From contig CAYPXO010000005.1 of NCBI GenBank assembly GCA_964414895.1, positions 1 to 56,738 of the forward strand: a DNA stretch of 56,738 nt, read 5' to 3'. Both the position numbers and the translations under genes were made by a program. Below the pieces are notes generated by a model. The model did not search any database and was not told the DNA's origin. It saw nothing but the letters and a program-made list of their open reading frames with translations. Positions 1 to 9,778 of the stretch are shown piece after piece (the stretch's first letter is position 1; each line of letters opens with the position of its first letter). The DNA comes from an uncultured Pseudomonadales bacterium (GTDB lineage Bacteria > Patescibacteriota > Microgenomatia > UBA1400 > CAYNMC01).

Positions 1-699
1 CTTGTGTGAATGTTTAACAAAAGCCAGATTAGTGACACAAGCCAGTCCTAAAACTTTTAATCCTAAAGAGCTTGCCATAATTACCTCCGGACAAATACTC
101 ATACCAGCCACATCAGCCCCTAAAATTCTTAGGGCTTTTTTATCAGCAAAGCTCTCATAATGCGGCCCCCGCATATAAGCATAAACTCCTTGCCTAAAAG
201 GAATTTTCTCTGCCCTACAAACCTTTAAAACAATCTCTCGCAAGCCTTGATTAAAAGGTTGAGAAAGATCCTGAAAGGAAGCACCGGAAAGCGGGCTTTG
301 TAAAAATAAATTGAGAATGTCTTTAATGACAACCAAATCTCCTATTTTATATTTTTTATTTAGACCGCCGACTGCCGAAGTTAAAACAAGCCTTTTTGTT
401 CCTAACTTGGCAAAAACTCTTACCGGCAAAGTAACCTTATACGAAGAATAACCCTCATAAGTATGCAGCCGTCCAGCCATTAACAAAGTTCTCTTTCCTG
501 CCAGCTTGCCAACTACTATCTTCCCCAAATGACCAGAAACACCGGCATCAACCCCAAAAACATCTTTAAAAGAAAACTGCTGGGCAACCTTAACTTTCTC
601 AATAACTTTATTCCAGCCCGAACCCAAAACCAAAACAGTCCCGGGAAAATCCGGCACTTTTCTTTTCAAAAAATCAACGGCCCTCTTTTCTTCAACCAT
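1..699 (-). CDS. purine nucleoside phosphorylase family protein (C-terminus cut by window edge)
   Basis: Own translation of the minus strand from ATG at 697-699: MVEEKRAVDFLKRKVPDFPGTVLVLGSGWN..GRLHTYEGY..MRGPHYESFAD..GADVAGMSICPEV. It stays open to position 1, so there is no stop in the window and it is absent from the ORF track. The motif pattern matches PNP/MTAP-type phosphorylases. Confidence 0.8.
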   Translation of the reverse strand, partial: MVEEKRAVDFLKRKVPDFPGTVLVLGSGWNKVIEKVKVAQQFSFKDVFGVDAGVSGHLGKIVVGKLAGKRTLLMAGRLHTYEGYSSYKVTLPVRVFAKLGTKRLVLTSAVGGLNKKYKIGDLVVIKDILNLFLQSPLSGASFQDLSQPFNQGLREIVLKVCRAEKIPFRQGVYAYMRGPHYESFADKKALRILGADVAGMSICPEVIMASSLGLKVLGLACVTNLAFVKHSHK

Positions 700-703
700 A
701 AAT

Positions 704-1951
704 TCAAGCTTCAATTAGTTTCTTATATTCCTTAAATCGCCTTTCTACTTCTTTTAAAAGAGCTCCCTTTTTTGGCAAAGCAATAGTTGGATCAATATAT
801 TCTCCTTTCTTAGTATAAAACCCCTTGCCATAAGCTAAACCATATCTTTTGTCTCTATCAACTACTTTCCTTTGGAGACTTTTTAAAGTTTTTCTAATTT
901 TAAAAGAAGCCGGCTTTCGACCTTTCGGATCAAAATATAGCTTTTCTTTTGAAAGAGTTCTATCTATCCATTTCTTTTCCTGGATAATTACTTGTAAAAT
1001 AGCTGGCAGCAATTTTCTTTGCCACTTCTCAAAAAATTTCTTTCCAAAATCAGTAAAAAAATCTTTCTTGTTCCATTTTAACAAGGCAAACATTCCTGCC
1101 AAATTATCAGAAAATCCCCTTAACCCCATCTTCCAATTAAGATAATCTTCTATTGAAAGATCCGGGCGCATAAAATACCATTCTTTCCCAGGATTATTGC
1201 TCGCCATTTTTCTCGCCCGTCTAATGTAGCGCCTGATTGCTTGTTCGGGCGTCTTTCCTCCAACTGAGAGTAACTTCTCCATATCATGAAGTAGTCTGCC
1301 TGGCTCTGTCAGCAAAGAAGCTATCCCTTCTTTTTTTTGGCTTGCTTGTTCAATCGCATAATCATGAAGTAAAACATCCCAAAAGAGTCTTTGTCTATCT
1401 TGAATGCTTAAACCAAACCTACCTGCTAATAAACAGACTATGGCCGCCCCGAGCTCTGCATGATGAAGATATCTTAAATTAACACTCTCTTTTGTTTCTT
1501 TTCCCTTTTTATCTATCTCTGAAACGACCACTCGGCCAATATCATGAGCAACCGCCAGCACTTCCCAAACTTCACTATTGCCAATTTCAGGCTTTCTTCT
1601 CAAAATGGCAGTCAAAATATAAAGACTGTGGACAACGCCATGAGTGGAATCAAAAAAAAATTCAATTAAACTTCTATAAACCAAAGCCTTTGTCAAACCA
1701 TTTCCCAAAAGAGTCTCTTTAAATAGCTCATACCATCTGGGTAAATATTTTCTCTCTTTAGGAGTAAAATTATCTTTTATCTCTTTTAAAACCGTTCTAT
1801 AACTAACCGAAGGAATAAAAACTCCTAATTCTTTAGCTTCGTTTTTTAATTCCTTATAAACCTTTAAATAATCATTGCTCTGAAAACTGCTAAGCGGCGA
1901 GGCAGTTTTAATAGAAAATTTTCCAGAATAACCTTTTTTGCTTTTCATCAT
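704..1951 (-). CDS. HD-domain phosphohydrolase-like protein
   Basis: 415-aa ORF with H..HD..H..D pattern (VVHSL, AHDIGRVV, HHAELGA, LLHDYA). Sits in the nucleotide-metabolism block. Confidence 0.6.
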   Translation of the reverse strand: MMKSKKGYSGKFSIKTASPLSSFQSNDYLKVYKELKNEAKELGVFIPSVSYRTVLKEIKDNFTPKERKYLPRWYELFKETLLGNGLTKALVYRSLIEFFFDSTHGVVHSLYILTAILRRKPEIGNSEVWEVLAVAHDIGRVVVSEIDKKGKETKESVNLRYLHHAELGAAIVCLLAGRFGLSIQDRQRLFWDVLLHDYAIEQASQKKEGIASLLTEPGRLLHDMEKLLSVGGKTPEQAIRRYIRRARKMASNNPGKEWYFMRPDLSIEDYLNWKMGLRGFSDNLAGMFALLKWNKKDFFTDFGKKFFEKWQRKLLPAILQVIIQEKKWIDRTLSKEKLYFDPKGRKPASFKIRKTLKSLQRKVVDRDKRYGLAYGKGFYTKKGEYIDPTIALPKKGALLKEVERRFKEYKKLIEA

Positions 1952-1954
1952 TCA

Positions 1955-3751
1955 TTACTCCCACTGAACTTGAGCTGGCGGTTTATGGCTAACATCATAA
2001 AAAACAGCATCAATCCCCTCCAAGGCTTTAATCTTTTGAGCCATTTCTTCAACTACCGGCCAAGGCAGTTTGGTAAACTCCGAGGTCATCGCGTTTTCCG
2101 AACAAAGAGGTCGCAAAACAATGCTTTCTCCACCCCGAAGACTAACTGGAATCATCACTACTGGAAATTCATAAACTTGCCCCACCAAACCATGCTTCGC
2201 CAAAGTTTGATTGGCAATATAATCTGCCATACAATGTGGCTTAAGCCTCTTCTTTGTCAAAAAGCCTTTCTTCAATCTTATCCTGCCCAATCTTTGCGGC
2301 TTTAAAAGATAAACAACATGATTAACCTCGGCTACCTTATTGGTAATTAGTGTGGAAACTTCCTCCAGGCGATCCCAGTCCTGATCTCCATTCATCAAAG
2401 AGCAAGCATAAGCAAAAGTGCGATGATCTCCTTGAACACCAACTGTCTTAACAGGCAAAACCTTAGCTTTATACTTAAATCTGCCGACAATTTTATTAAC
2501 TCTTTGTTCTAGTGATTTCGTTTTTGGTAATCTGGTAGTCGGACTACATAAAGACTGAATTGCCAAGCCCGGTCCAGGAAAAGTATGACGCCAAACTATT
2601 TGCTTGGGCAAGCCCAACTGCTTGCCTACCTTTCTAACTTCATCCTTATAAAGGTTAGCCAAAGGCTCTATGACCTTACCAGCAGCTATTAGGTCCAAAA
2701 CCGCCTGAACGCGATTGTGATGAGTAAAAATCTTGGCTGAATGCTTGGTTGCTCCACTTTCAATCCGATCCGGATAAAGAGTTCCTTGCCCCAACAACCA
2801 TTTGTCAGGATCAACTTTCAACCGCTTAAGAACTCTATCCTGCACTTCAATAAAAACCGTGCCAATAATTTTCCGCTTTTTTTCTGGATCAGACACTCCT
2901 TTGATAGCCTGTAAAAAATCTTTACTAGCGCCAACAACAATAAAATTCTTCAATCCCAAATTTTCTAAACTTTCTTTAACTGTTTGGCTTTCTTTATAGC
3001 GCATAAAACCATTGTCAATATGAAGACCCAAAACCCGCTTCTGTCCTAAAGCCTTATTCATTAAAACAAAAGCAACTGTTGAGTCAACTCCGCCACTAAT
3101 AAGCAAAAGAACATTTTTTTCTTTTACCTGTTTTTTAATTTTCTTAATCGCTTGGGTAATGAAATTTTTAGGGTTCCAATCCTTTGAACAACGGCAAATT
3201 TTGAGAGCAAAATTTCTCAGCATCTTTACTCCTTGGCGAGTATGGCTTACTTCAGGATGAAATTGAAAACCGTAAATTTTGCGCCGCTGATGGGCAATCG
3301 CTGCTGTCGGACAATCGGCAGTCAAACCAATAACTTTAAATCCTGGAGGTAGCTTTACTATTGAATCACCATGGCTCATCCAAACGGTTTCTTCTTCAGC
3401 TAAACCACGAAAAATACCCTTCCTATTAATAATTTTTAATTTTGCCTTTCCATATTCCCTTGTTTTTCCACTTTTAACTTCCCCTCCCAAAGCATGAGCA
3501 ATAAGCTGATGACCATAGCAAAGACCCAAAATCGGCACTCCCAGAGAAAAAATTTTTTTATCATAATTGGGGGCACTTTGCTCATAAACAACCGCCGGCC
3601 CGCCAGAAAGAATAATCCCTTCGGCTTTTTTAAAATTTTCGGCTTTTGTTTCCGAAGAAAAAATTTCCGAATAAACCCCCAAGGAACGAATTTGTTTGGC
3701 TAAAAGATGAGTATATTGGCTACCAAAATCAAGAATGGCAATCATAAACAC
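1955..3751 (-). CDS. guaA: GMP synthase (glutamine-hydrolysing)
   Basis: GATase motifs GLCYGHQLI and FHPEVSHT, PP-loop SGGVDSTV, C-terminal ..QWE. At 598 aa it is longer than typical GuaA. Confidence 0.9.
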   Translation of the reverse strand: MFMIAILDFGSQYTHLLAKQIRSLGVYSEIFSSETKAENFKKAEGIILSGGPAVVYEQSAPNYDKKIFSLGVPILGLCYGHQLIAHALGGEVKSGKTREYGKAKLKIINRKGIFRGLAEEETVWMSHGDSIVKLPPGFKVIGLTADCPTAAIAHQRRKIYGFQFHPEVSHTRQGVKMLRNFALKICRCSKDWNPKNFITQAIKKIKKQVKEKNVLLLISGGVDSTVAFVLMNKALGQKRVLGLHIDNGFMRYKESQTVKESLENLGLKNFIVVGASKDFLQAIKGVSDPEKKRKIIGTVFIEVQDRVLKRLKVDPDKWLLGQGTLYPDRIESGATKHSAKIFTHHNRVQAVLDLIAAGKVIEPLANLYKDEVRKVGKQLGLPKQIVWRHTFPGPGLAIQSLCSPTTRLPKTKSLEQRVNKIVGRFKYKAKVLPVKTVGVQGDHRTFAYACSLMNGDQDWDRLEEVSTLITNKVAEVNHVVYLLKPQRLGRIRLKKGFLTKKRLKPHCMADYIANQTLAKHGLVGQVYEFPVVMIPVSLRGGESIVLRPLCSENAMTSEFTKLPWPVVEEMAQKIKALEGIDAVFYDVSHKPPAQVQWE

Positions 3752-3758
3752 CTCCTGG

Positions 3759-4304
3759 TCAAAACCTCAATTTTAAATAATAATCTACTTGCTCTTCTGG
3801 CAAGCCGATTTTCAAAAATCTTTTTTTTATCTCCGACTTACTCCTGCCTAATTTTAACCATTTCTGGCCGATATTGGCAATTGACTCTCTTATCTCATGA
3901 GGAAAAATAATCCAGGTTTTGGTCTGGCAAAGATAAAAATCAGGTTTGTAAACTGACCAAGGCTTGTAAAAAAGAGCTGCCGCTGTAATCTTTGAGGCGC
4001 CAGCCATTTGTAAATAACTTTTGCTAAAAGGCAAGCTTTTCCCACTGTCAACCACATCATCAAAAAGCAGCACTTTTTCTCCCTTTACCGCCACCGGCAA
4101 AGACTGCAACAAAACCGGCTCTTTTCTTGTTTTGAAAACATCGCCATAAAACTCCAGTTGAATGCTGGCAATTTTTTCTATCGCCAACAGATCGAGCATG
4201 TTTCGCGCCCAAGTCCAGCCGCCTTTAGCCAAAGTCACCAAACGATCAAAACTCTTTTTTGAGGCAATAATTTTCTTAGCCAGCAGGTAACAATACTCAC
4301 CCAT
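3759..4304 (-). CDS. purine (hypoxanthine/xanthine/guanine) phosphoribosyltransferase
   Basis: PRPP-binding loop VLLFDDVVDSGKS. The gpt-like N-terminal motif (..SYLAPSWEEM..) lies upstream of the first ATG, so the true start is probably upstream and non-canonical (see findings). Confidence 0.75.
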   Translation of the reverse strand: MGEYCYLLAKKIIASKKSFDRLVTLAKGGWTWARNMLDLLAIEKIASIQLEFYGDVFKTRKEPVLLQSLPVAVKGEKVLLFDDVVDSGKSLPFSKSYLQMAGASKITAAALFYKPWSVYKPDFYLCQTKTWIIFPHEIRESIANIGQKWLKLGRSKSEIKKRFLKIGLPEEQVDYYLKLRF

Positions 4305-4374
4305 TTCTTCCCATGAAGGAGCCAGATAAGAAACCTTATCACCACTAAATTTTACTCCTTTGAATTTTAAGATT

Positions 4375-5490
4375 TTATCTCCCTTTATAATTTGGTTCTT
4401 CTTTGAGCATCATCACTCCGTGAGGATGGCTTTCGGCCAAAGAAGCCTGGCTAATTTTTAAAAATTTGGCTTTTTTATAAAGCTGGTTAAGATTTCCCGC
4501 CCCTAAAAAGCCCATACCTGACCGTAACCCTCCTGCCAGTTGTTCTAAAACCTCAGCCACCGGCCCCTTATAAGGAACCGCTCCCTCTATTCCCTGAGAA
4601 ACTTTATTTACTGAGCCTCTTTTATAACTGTAGCGATTGCCGGTTTTTCCCTCAGAAAGAGCAGAAACTGATCCCATCGCTCGGTAATGTTTATATTTTC
4701 TACCTTTAATCTTAATCAACTTTCCCGGCGCTTCCAGGCAGCCGGCAAAAAGACTACCGGCACAAACAGCGACTGCGCCCGTTGCTAAGGCCTTAACAAC
4801 CTCTCCAGAGTGTTTTATACCTCCGTCGGCAATAATTCCCACTTTACATTTTTTGGCAGCGGCTACTGTTTCAAAAAGGGCTGTCATCTGCGGCACTCCT
4901 ACTCCAGCAACAATTCTAGTGGTGCAAATAGTGCCGTTACCCACTCCCACTTTTATTGCCTCAACTCCAACCTTGGCCAAATGTTTTACGCCTTCACTCG
5001 TGGCCACATTACCTCCAATAATTTCCTGGCCAGAGAACTGTCTTCTCAAAGCCAAAATCGTCTCAATGACATTTTTGGAATCGCCATGAGAAACATCAAC
5101 CGCCAAAGCATCTACACCGGCCTTAATTAAAGCTTTACCTCTTCTGACTGCCTCTTTACCGGCACCAATAGCAGCAATTGTCTGTAAAAATCTCCTCTTG
5201 TCAACCGTCGCCTTGCTTGTTTTTCCTTTGTTCTTTTTAACTTTTTTAACTTGATTGACTTCGTAATCAATTGAACAATTGCGATGGATAATCCCAATCG
5301 CTCCTGCCTGGGCCATCGCCACCGCCATTTGCCACTCGGTTACTGTATCCATGTGGATAGAAATTATGGGAATTTTTAGTTTTATCCTGGGAGTCAACTG
5401 AGTGGAAATATCCACTTCGCCCGGCAGGATAGTTGAATATTGAGGAATTAATAATAAATCGTCAAAAGTAAGAGCCTCTTGGATATTCAT
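4375..5490 (-). CDS. guaB: IMP dehydrogenase, short form without CBS pair (IMPDH/GMPR family)
   Basis: Catalytic loop GVGNGTICTTR, GGIKHSGEVVKALATGA, C-terminal flap. At 371 aa the CBS subdomain must be absent. Confidence 0.85.
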   Translation of the reverse strand: MNIQEALTFDDLLLIPQYSTILPGEVDISTQLTPRIKLKIPIISIHMDTVTEWQMAVAMAQAGAIGIIHRNCSIDYEVNQVKKVKKNKGKTSKATVDKRRFLQTIAAIGAGKEAVRRGKALIKAGVDALAVDVSHGDSKNVIETILALRRQFSGQEIIGGNVATSEGVKHLAKVGVEAIKVGVGNGTICTTRIVAGVGVPQMTALFETVAAAKKCKVGIIADGGIKHSGEVVKALATGAVAVCAGSLFAGCLEAPGKLIKIKGRKYKHYRAMGSVSALSEGKTGNRYSYKRGSVNKVSQGIEGAVPYKGPVAEVLEQLAGGLRSGMGFLGAGNLNQLYKKAKFLKISQASLAESHPHGVMMLKEEPNYKGR

Positions 5491-5633
5491 ATTTCGCTTG
5501 TATAGATAAGGTCATTAGAATCTAACTTTACCCTGTCATCCTGAACCCTGAAATTGTCATTCTGAACTCAGCTCAGAATCTCTTCAGGCCAAGTTTGATT
5601 CAGAACCTATAAAAATAGTTCTATTGACGCTAC

Positions 5634-6629
5634 CTATATAAATTCCTTATTAATAAAACTATTTTCAAAAGCAATCTTATTGGCTTTTAAAAGCTGTTTT
5701 TTGGTCATTATTTTGCTTTTATACAAAAACTCCATTTCTTTTAAAAGATCGGTTTTCAATAATTCCGGCCCGTCAGTATTAATACAAAACCTTACCTTTG
5801 CCTTGACAAAAGTTCTCATTATTTTTCTATATTCGTGGATACTTCCAACTACTCCTGTTTTAAGATTTGAAGTTGGGCAAATGGCCAACACTATGTCTCT
5901 CTCTCTTAAAACCTTCAATAGCTTTTTACTATAGGCCGCTTTTATTCCGTGAATTACTCGATGGGGGGAAAGACAATCAATCACTTCTCTCATCTCTTTA
6001 CTGCTACCTTCCTCTCCGGCATGAACAGACAAGCCCAAACCAGCCTCGGCTGCTTTCTCATACAAAGAGCGGTAACTATCATAAGAAAACTTTTTATTTC
6101 TAGGCCCGGCCAAATCGATACCAACTATTCCTCTTTTTTGATATTTGATTGCTTTTTGGACAATAATCTTATTTTCCTTAAAAGAAAATCGCCGGTCAAG
6201 AAAAAGAACAAGACCGGCTTTGAGTGGATATTCCAAAAGAGCCCTATCCATTCCCCTTAAGGCAGCCATAATTATGTGGTCCAAATCTTGTTCCCCCTCT
6301 CGGTTACGAAGCATCGGATTAAAACTGACCTCTAAAAGGGTAATATTGCAATTTCTATAAGCGCCGGAAATAATTTCGTAAATTGAACGCTCAATTGCCT
6401 GCGGACTTGACTGAATAAGCTCTGTCCAGTAAAAAAGTTTATGGTAATCGCTCCAGTTTATTTTATCTTTGGAAATGGTAATTAAGTCAACAAACTGCCA
6501 GAAATCCTTGGTTGGCAGGCGGATTCCTTGACTATGGGCAATGCTCCACATGATGGCCGGATCAACAGCACCACCAACATGGACATGAAGTTCGGCTAAT
6601 TCTGCCTTTCCAAAAAGATTATTCTTCAT
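5634..6629 (-). CDS. add: adenosine deaminase
   Basis: Metal-ligand motifs LHVHVGG, SVHAGE, CINTDGP. 331 aa. Confidence 0.85.
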   Translation of the reverse strand: MKNNLFGKAELAELHVHVGGAVDPAIMWSIAHSQGIRLPTKDFWQFVDLITISKDKINWSDYHKLFYWTELIQSSPQAIERSIYEIISGAYRNCNITLLEVSFNPMLRNREGEQDLDHIIMAALRGMDRALLEYPLKAGLVLFLDRRFSFKENKIIVQKAIKYQKRGIVGIDLAGPRNKKFSYDSYRSLYEKAAEAGLGLSVHAGEEGSSKEMREVIDCLSPHRVIHGIKAAYSKKLLKVLRERDIVLAICPTSNLKTGVVGSIHEYRKIMRTFVKAKVRFCINTDGPELLKTDLLKEMEFLYKSKIMTKKQLLKANKIAFENSFINKEFI

Positions 6630-6776
6630 TGCAACTTAAACTAATTAAAGCAATCTACAAAGCTCCCTTATCTATTAATCCAATCCTTTGTCATTCTCGA
6701 CTTGAAAGCGAAAGCGCTTCAAGATCGGGAATCTATAGCAGTAAATTGTCTCTATAAATCTCCATCAAAAATAAAA

Positions 6777-6803
6777 ACGGCCGCAAATGGCCGTTGTCTT
6801 TTT
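6777..6803. terminator. bidirectional rho-independent terminator-like hairpin
   Basis: ACGGCC-GCAAAT-GGCCGT stem-loop with an A-run upstream and a T-run downstream. Lies downstream of the minus-strand tmk-fusion gene. Confidence 0.5.
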
Positions 6804-6924
6804 AAAAACAATTTTTGGTTAAAAAAATAAGCTGGCTTCCCAACCATAATTAAATCTACAACAACTGCGCAGAAACTGTCAAGAAGAGAAAACGTATCTA
6901 TTCAGTTTTCCCCAATGAGATTTT

Positions 6925-7047
6925 GTCATTGCGATCCCGCAGAATGCGGGAGAAGCAATCTCTCAGACCTGCCTGCCTGTCCGGTCTTGCCTGCCGGCAG
7001 ACAGGCAGGCAGGGATCGCCACGGCTACTTCGTAGCCTCGCGATGAC
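6925..7047. repeat. composite palindromic element (GTCATTGCGA...TCGCGATGAC with nested CCTGCCTGCC..GGCAGGCAGG core)
   Basis: Outer inverted repeat plus an inner GC palindrome. The same two families recur at 9425-9478, 9605-9759, 38402-38478, 38613-38700, 39533-39637, 46751-46770 and 47306-47327. Confidence 0.8.
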
Positions 7048-7107
7048 AAAAATCTCCTTGCTAAAAATGTCAAATTTGACCCACGGCCGTGGGGGAAAAA
7101 TGACAGT

Positions 7108-8211
7108 CTAGAAAACCTTCCTTTTTCTCAAAATCGTTATGACTTCTTTATGAACTTCTTGGCGACTTTTCAACTTGCCTTTCTTATCCAGACAGTTAAT
7201 CATTACCCAGTGCAAGTATTTTTTAGCCAGCTGGCAATAAAGCTGAAACACTTTCCTTTGATACTTTAAACCTTCCTCAATATCTTTCTTCTTTCCTTTT
7301 TTGTATCTTTTCGCTTTTTGCAAAATCAGTTTATCACTGATCTCCGGCAAAACATAAAGAAAAAGAAGAATATCTTCCTTGGGCATTTTGTGCTGTTTGT
7401 ATTCCATATCATAAATCCAGTTAATAAACCTTCTTCTTTCCTTTGGCAAGAGTTTCGCCCCCTGATGAGCCAAACTCGAGGTCACATATCTGTCAGCGAC
7501 CACTATACGACCGTCATTTAGCCAATCCAAAATCTGATCTCTGGCAGTTAACCTATCCAAAGCAAAAGCCAAAGAAGAAAGGTAAGGACTGACCTCTTCT
7601 AGCTTGCCAAACTCACCACTAAGAAACCTGCCGACTGTTCGACCATGAAAGGAAGTATAGTAGCGAGGAAAGCTAATATAATTAGCTTTTATTTTTTCTC
7701 TTTTAAAATATTTCATCAGTAAATCTGTTTGTGTTGCCTTGCCAGAACCATTAGTGCCGTCAATAATAATCAACTTGCCCTTGCTTTTCTTTCGCAGACT
7801 AAAGTGTTTCAAGTTGGTCCGCAAAACAGTCGGCAAATTATCCTCATCATAGCTCTCTACATAAAGCTCCGGATGTCCCTTGACCATCATTGGCAGTTTG
7901 CCCCCATTGTCTTTATAAAAAAGGGCTAAAACCGGCTTGTTATTCTTCAAGGCATGTTCCATTAAAAAGGCCGTCCCCCAGGACGGCGCCGTTACTTCTG
8001 CAACCATCAAGTCCACTTTATCAATTGCTTTTGTCTCCCGCCTGAAAAGTTTTTCTGCCGAAAGACCATCACCAATCTTAAGTCGAGGATCAGCCACATA
8101 TTCAGAAATCACCTGATGTCCCTGCTTTTTAATCTCTTTAACAATTTTCTGATAAAGAGGCAAAAGTTTTCTTGTAAGACTAACTGCTGCTCCAAAATAA
8201 ACCTTCATCAT
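7108..8211 (-). CDS. tmk: fusion protein: N-terminal nucleoside 2-deoxyribosyltransferase-like domain + C-terminal thymidylate kinase
   Basis: N-terminal half resembles the NDT family (VDLMVAEVTAPSWGTAFLMEHA). C-terminal half has the P-loop IIIDGTNGSGKATQ and dTMP-kinase layout. Confidence 0.75.
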   Translation of the reverse strand: MMKVYFGAAVSLTRKLLPLYQKIVKEIKKQGHQVISEYVADPRLKIGDGLSAEKLFRRETKAIDKVDLMVAEVTAPSWGTAFLMEHALKNNKPVLALFYKDNGGKLPMMVKGHPELYVESYDEDNLPTVLRTNLKHFSLRKKSKGKLIIIDGTNGSGKATQTDLLMKYFKREKIKANYISFPRYYTSFHGRTVGRFLSGEFGKLEEVSPYLSSLAFALDRLTARDQILDWLNDGRIVVADRYVTSSLAHQGAKLLPKERRRFINWIYDMEYKQHKMPKEDILLFLYVLPEISDKLILQKAKRYKKGKKKDIEEGLKYQRKVFQLYCQLAKKYLHWVMINCLDKKGKLKSRQEVHKEVITILRKRKVF

Positions 8212-8411
8212 TTCTTAAGTATACAAAAAATTCATTTACTAGCAAATATAAAACCAAAAACTTTCTAGGCCTAATTTTTCCAGGTAAGCGGGAATTCTTT
8301 CCTGAGCCATAAATAAAGGCAGGAAAAAATAAATTATAATTTTTATCGGATTGGCGCTGTCTTTTTATAAAGCCAGAATTTTGAGTTCTTAAAATTCCTA
8401 CCCCTCCATCT

Positions 8412-9382
8412 TCATGTCCATTTGATTATCGGCCAGCTAGTTGAGAGCATCCCTGGCCGCACTAAATCATTACACTCTCCACACATTGGCGCATAATATG
8501 GGTTAATTGCCTCAACCAAACCAGAGAGATCGCCCATTATCGGACAAACATAATAGTTCCTACCATCAATTTCTACCTTCCAGTAATGGCCTTTTGTCAC
8601 CACACTAATATTCGCCAGCCCGCCACAGCCAACACATCTTGAATACCTTCGATTAATCAAAACTTTCCCTGGTTCCTGCTTCGCCCATTCGGTTAAGGCC
8701 GGTGTTGGCTCCCATGGCTCGCCTGAAGAAAAACGATCTACTCCTGTCAAAACTAGCTTTATTCCTTTTTTTTCTAAAACTTTTGCCATCAAAACCAGCT
8801 CTTGGCCAAAATCATTACTCTTTATCGCTTGTTTAAAATCATCCCAAAATTTTTCTGGTACACCAGCCGCTTCTAATGCAGCCTCTACGTCTTGCATTAT
8901 TTGTGACAAATAATCATCTCTAGAAAACAACAACAAACCTGCTTCTTCCAAAGCCGCCAATTTGAAATCTCCCTCTCTATTGGTAATCTTACTATTCACA
9001 AATCGCAAAAAATCCAAAAGTCCTTCTCAAGATTAATCTCAAAAGCCTTAGTCACTACTCTGTTAAACACTTTTGATTTTCCTGAACGCATCGCTCCGGT
9101 TAAAAAAACCACAGAAGTTCCCTCTTGTAAAGCAGAAACAATTAAATCGGTTGACTGACCAATACCTGGTTCTGTCCTTAAACCATCAAGTCTTTCAAAA
9201 TCAACAGCTACACATTTTTGTTCTCCTATCGTCAAAAGAAATCCTATCTCTCCTTCTCTTCCCAATATCTCTGCTTCCTGAACCTGCATAAGTAAGTCTG
9301 TTAAGACAGAAAGTTCTGTCCCATGCTGGAAAGGGCCAACAAATGAACCGATAGCTAGAGTCTCGCGTTTAGCCAAACTCAT
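8412..9382 (-). pseudogene. thymidine-kinase-like gene split over two reading frames
   Basis: ORF 8996-9382 ends with the P-loop LTGAMRSGKS. ORF 8412-9017 carries TK-like GVDRFSSGEPW and the Cys pairs CVGCGG / CGEC. The frames overlap at a T-run (9006-9012 on plus), and the total span of 971 nt is not a multiple of 3. Confidence 0.5.
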
Positions 9383-9604
9383 AATCCAAAATAACGCCTA
9401 AAATTATTTCAAAATTCCTCAACTGTTATCCCGCACCTGCCTACCGGTCTTGCCTGTCGGCAGACAGGCAAGCAGGCTTGACACGGGATCTATATAAATT
9501 TGAATTTTGAAATAGGCTTTTTAAATCGTCCCAAAAAAAATAGCCCTAAAAAAACCTGTCACCAAAACAGACAGGACAAATAAAGTTTCTTATTATTCAG
9601 TATA

Positions 9605-9759
9605 CAAATATTTGACTGGGGCATAATCATTCTTCTTGTCATTGCGAGGCGCCAAAGGCGCCGTGGCAATCTCATGAGATTGCTTCGCTTCGTCCTCGAC
9701 AAAACTTGGACTTCGCTCGCAATGACATAAGGTTGGATTATGTCCCGCCCATACAAATA
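9605..9759. mobile_element. MITE-like palindromic insertion splitting a conserved AT-rich palindrome
   Basis: Carries GTCATTGCGAG...CTCGCAATGAC inside. Flanked by the two arms (9590-9604, 9760-9774) of a palindrome that is intact at 21164-21198 and 49864-49898. CAAATA is directly repeated at both junctions. Confidence 0.6.
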
Positions 9760-9778
9760 TATACTAAATAATAACTCT

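Noticed and set aside
6923-7111. 62-aa ORF MSLRSRRMREKQSL..
   Set aside because: It is a read-through of the composite palindromic repeat (6925-7047). The same peptides arise wherever this repeat family occurs.
9559-9756. 65-aa ORF inside the 9.6-kb intergenic region
   Set aside because: It lies entirely within the MITE-like palindromic insertion and has no RBS.
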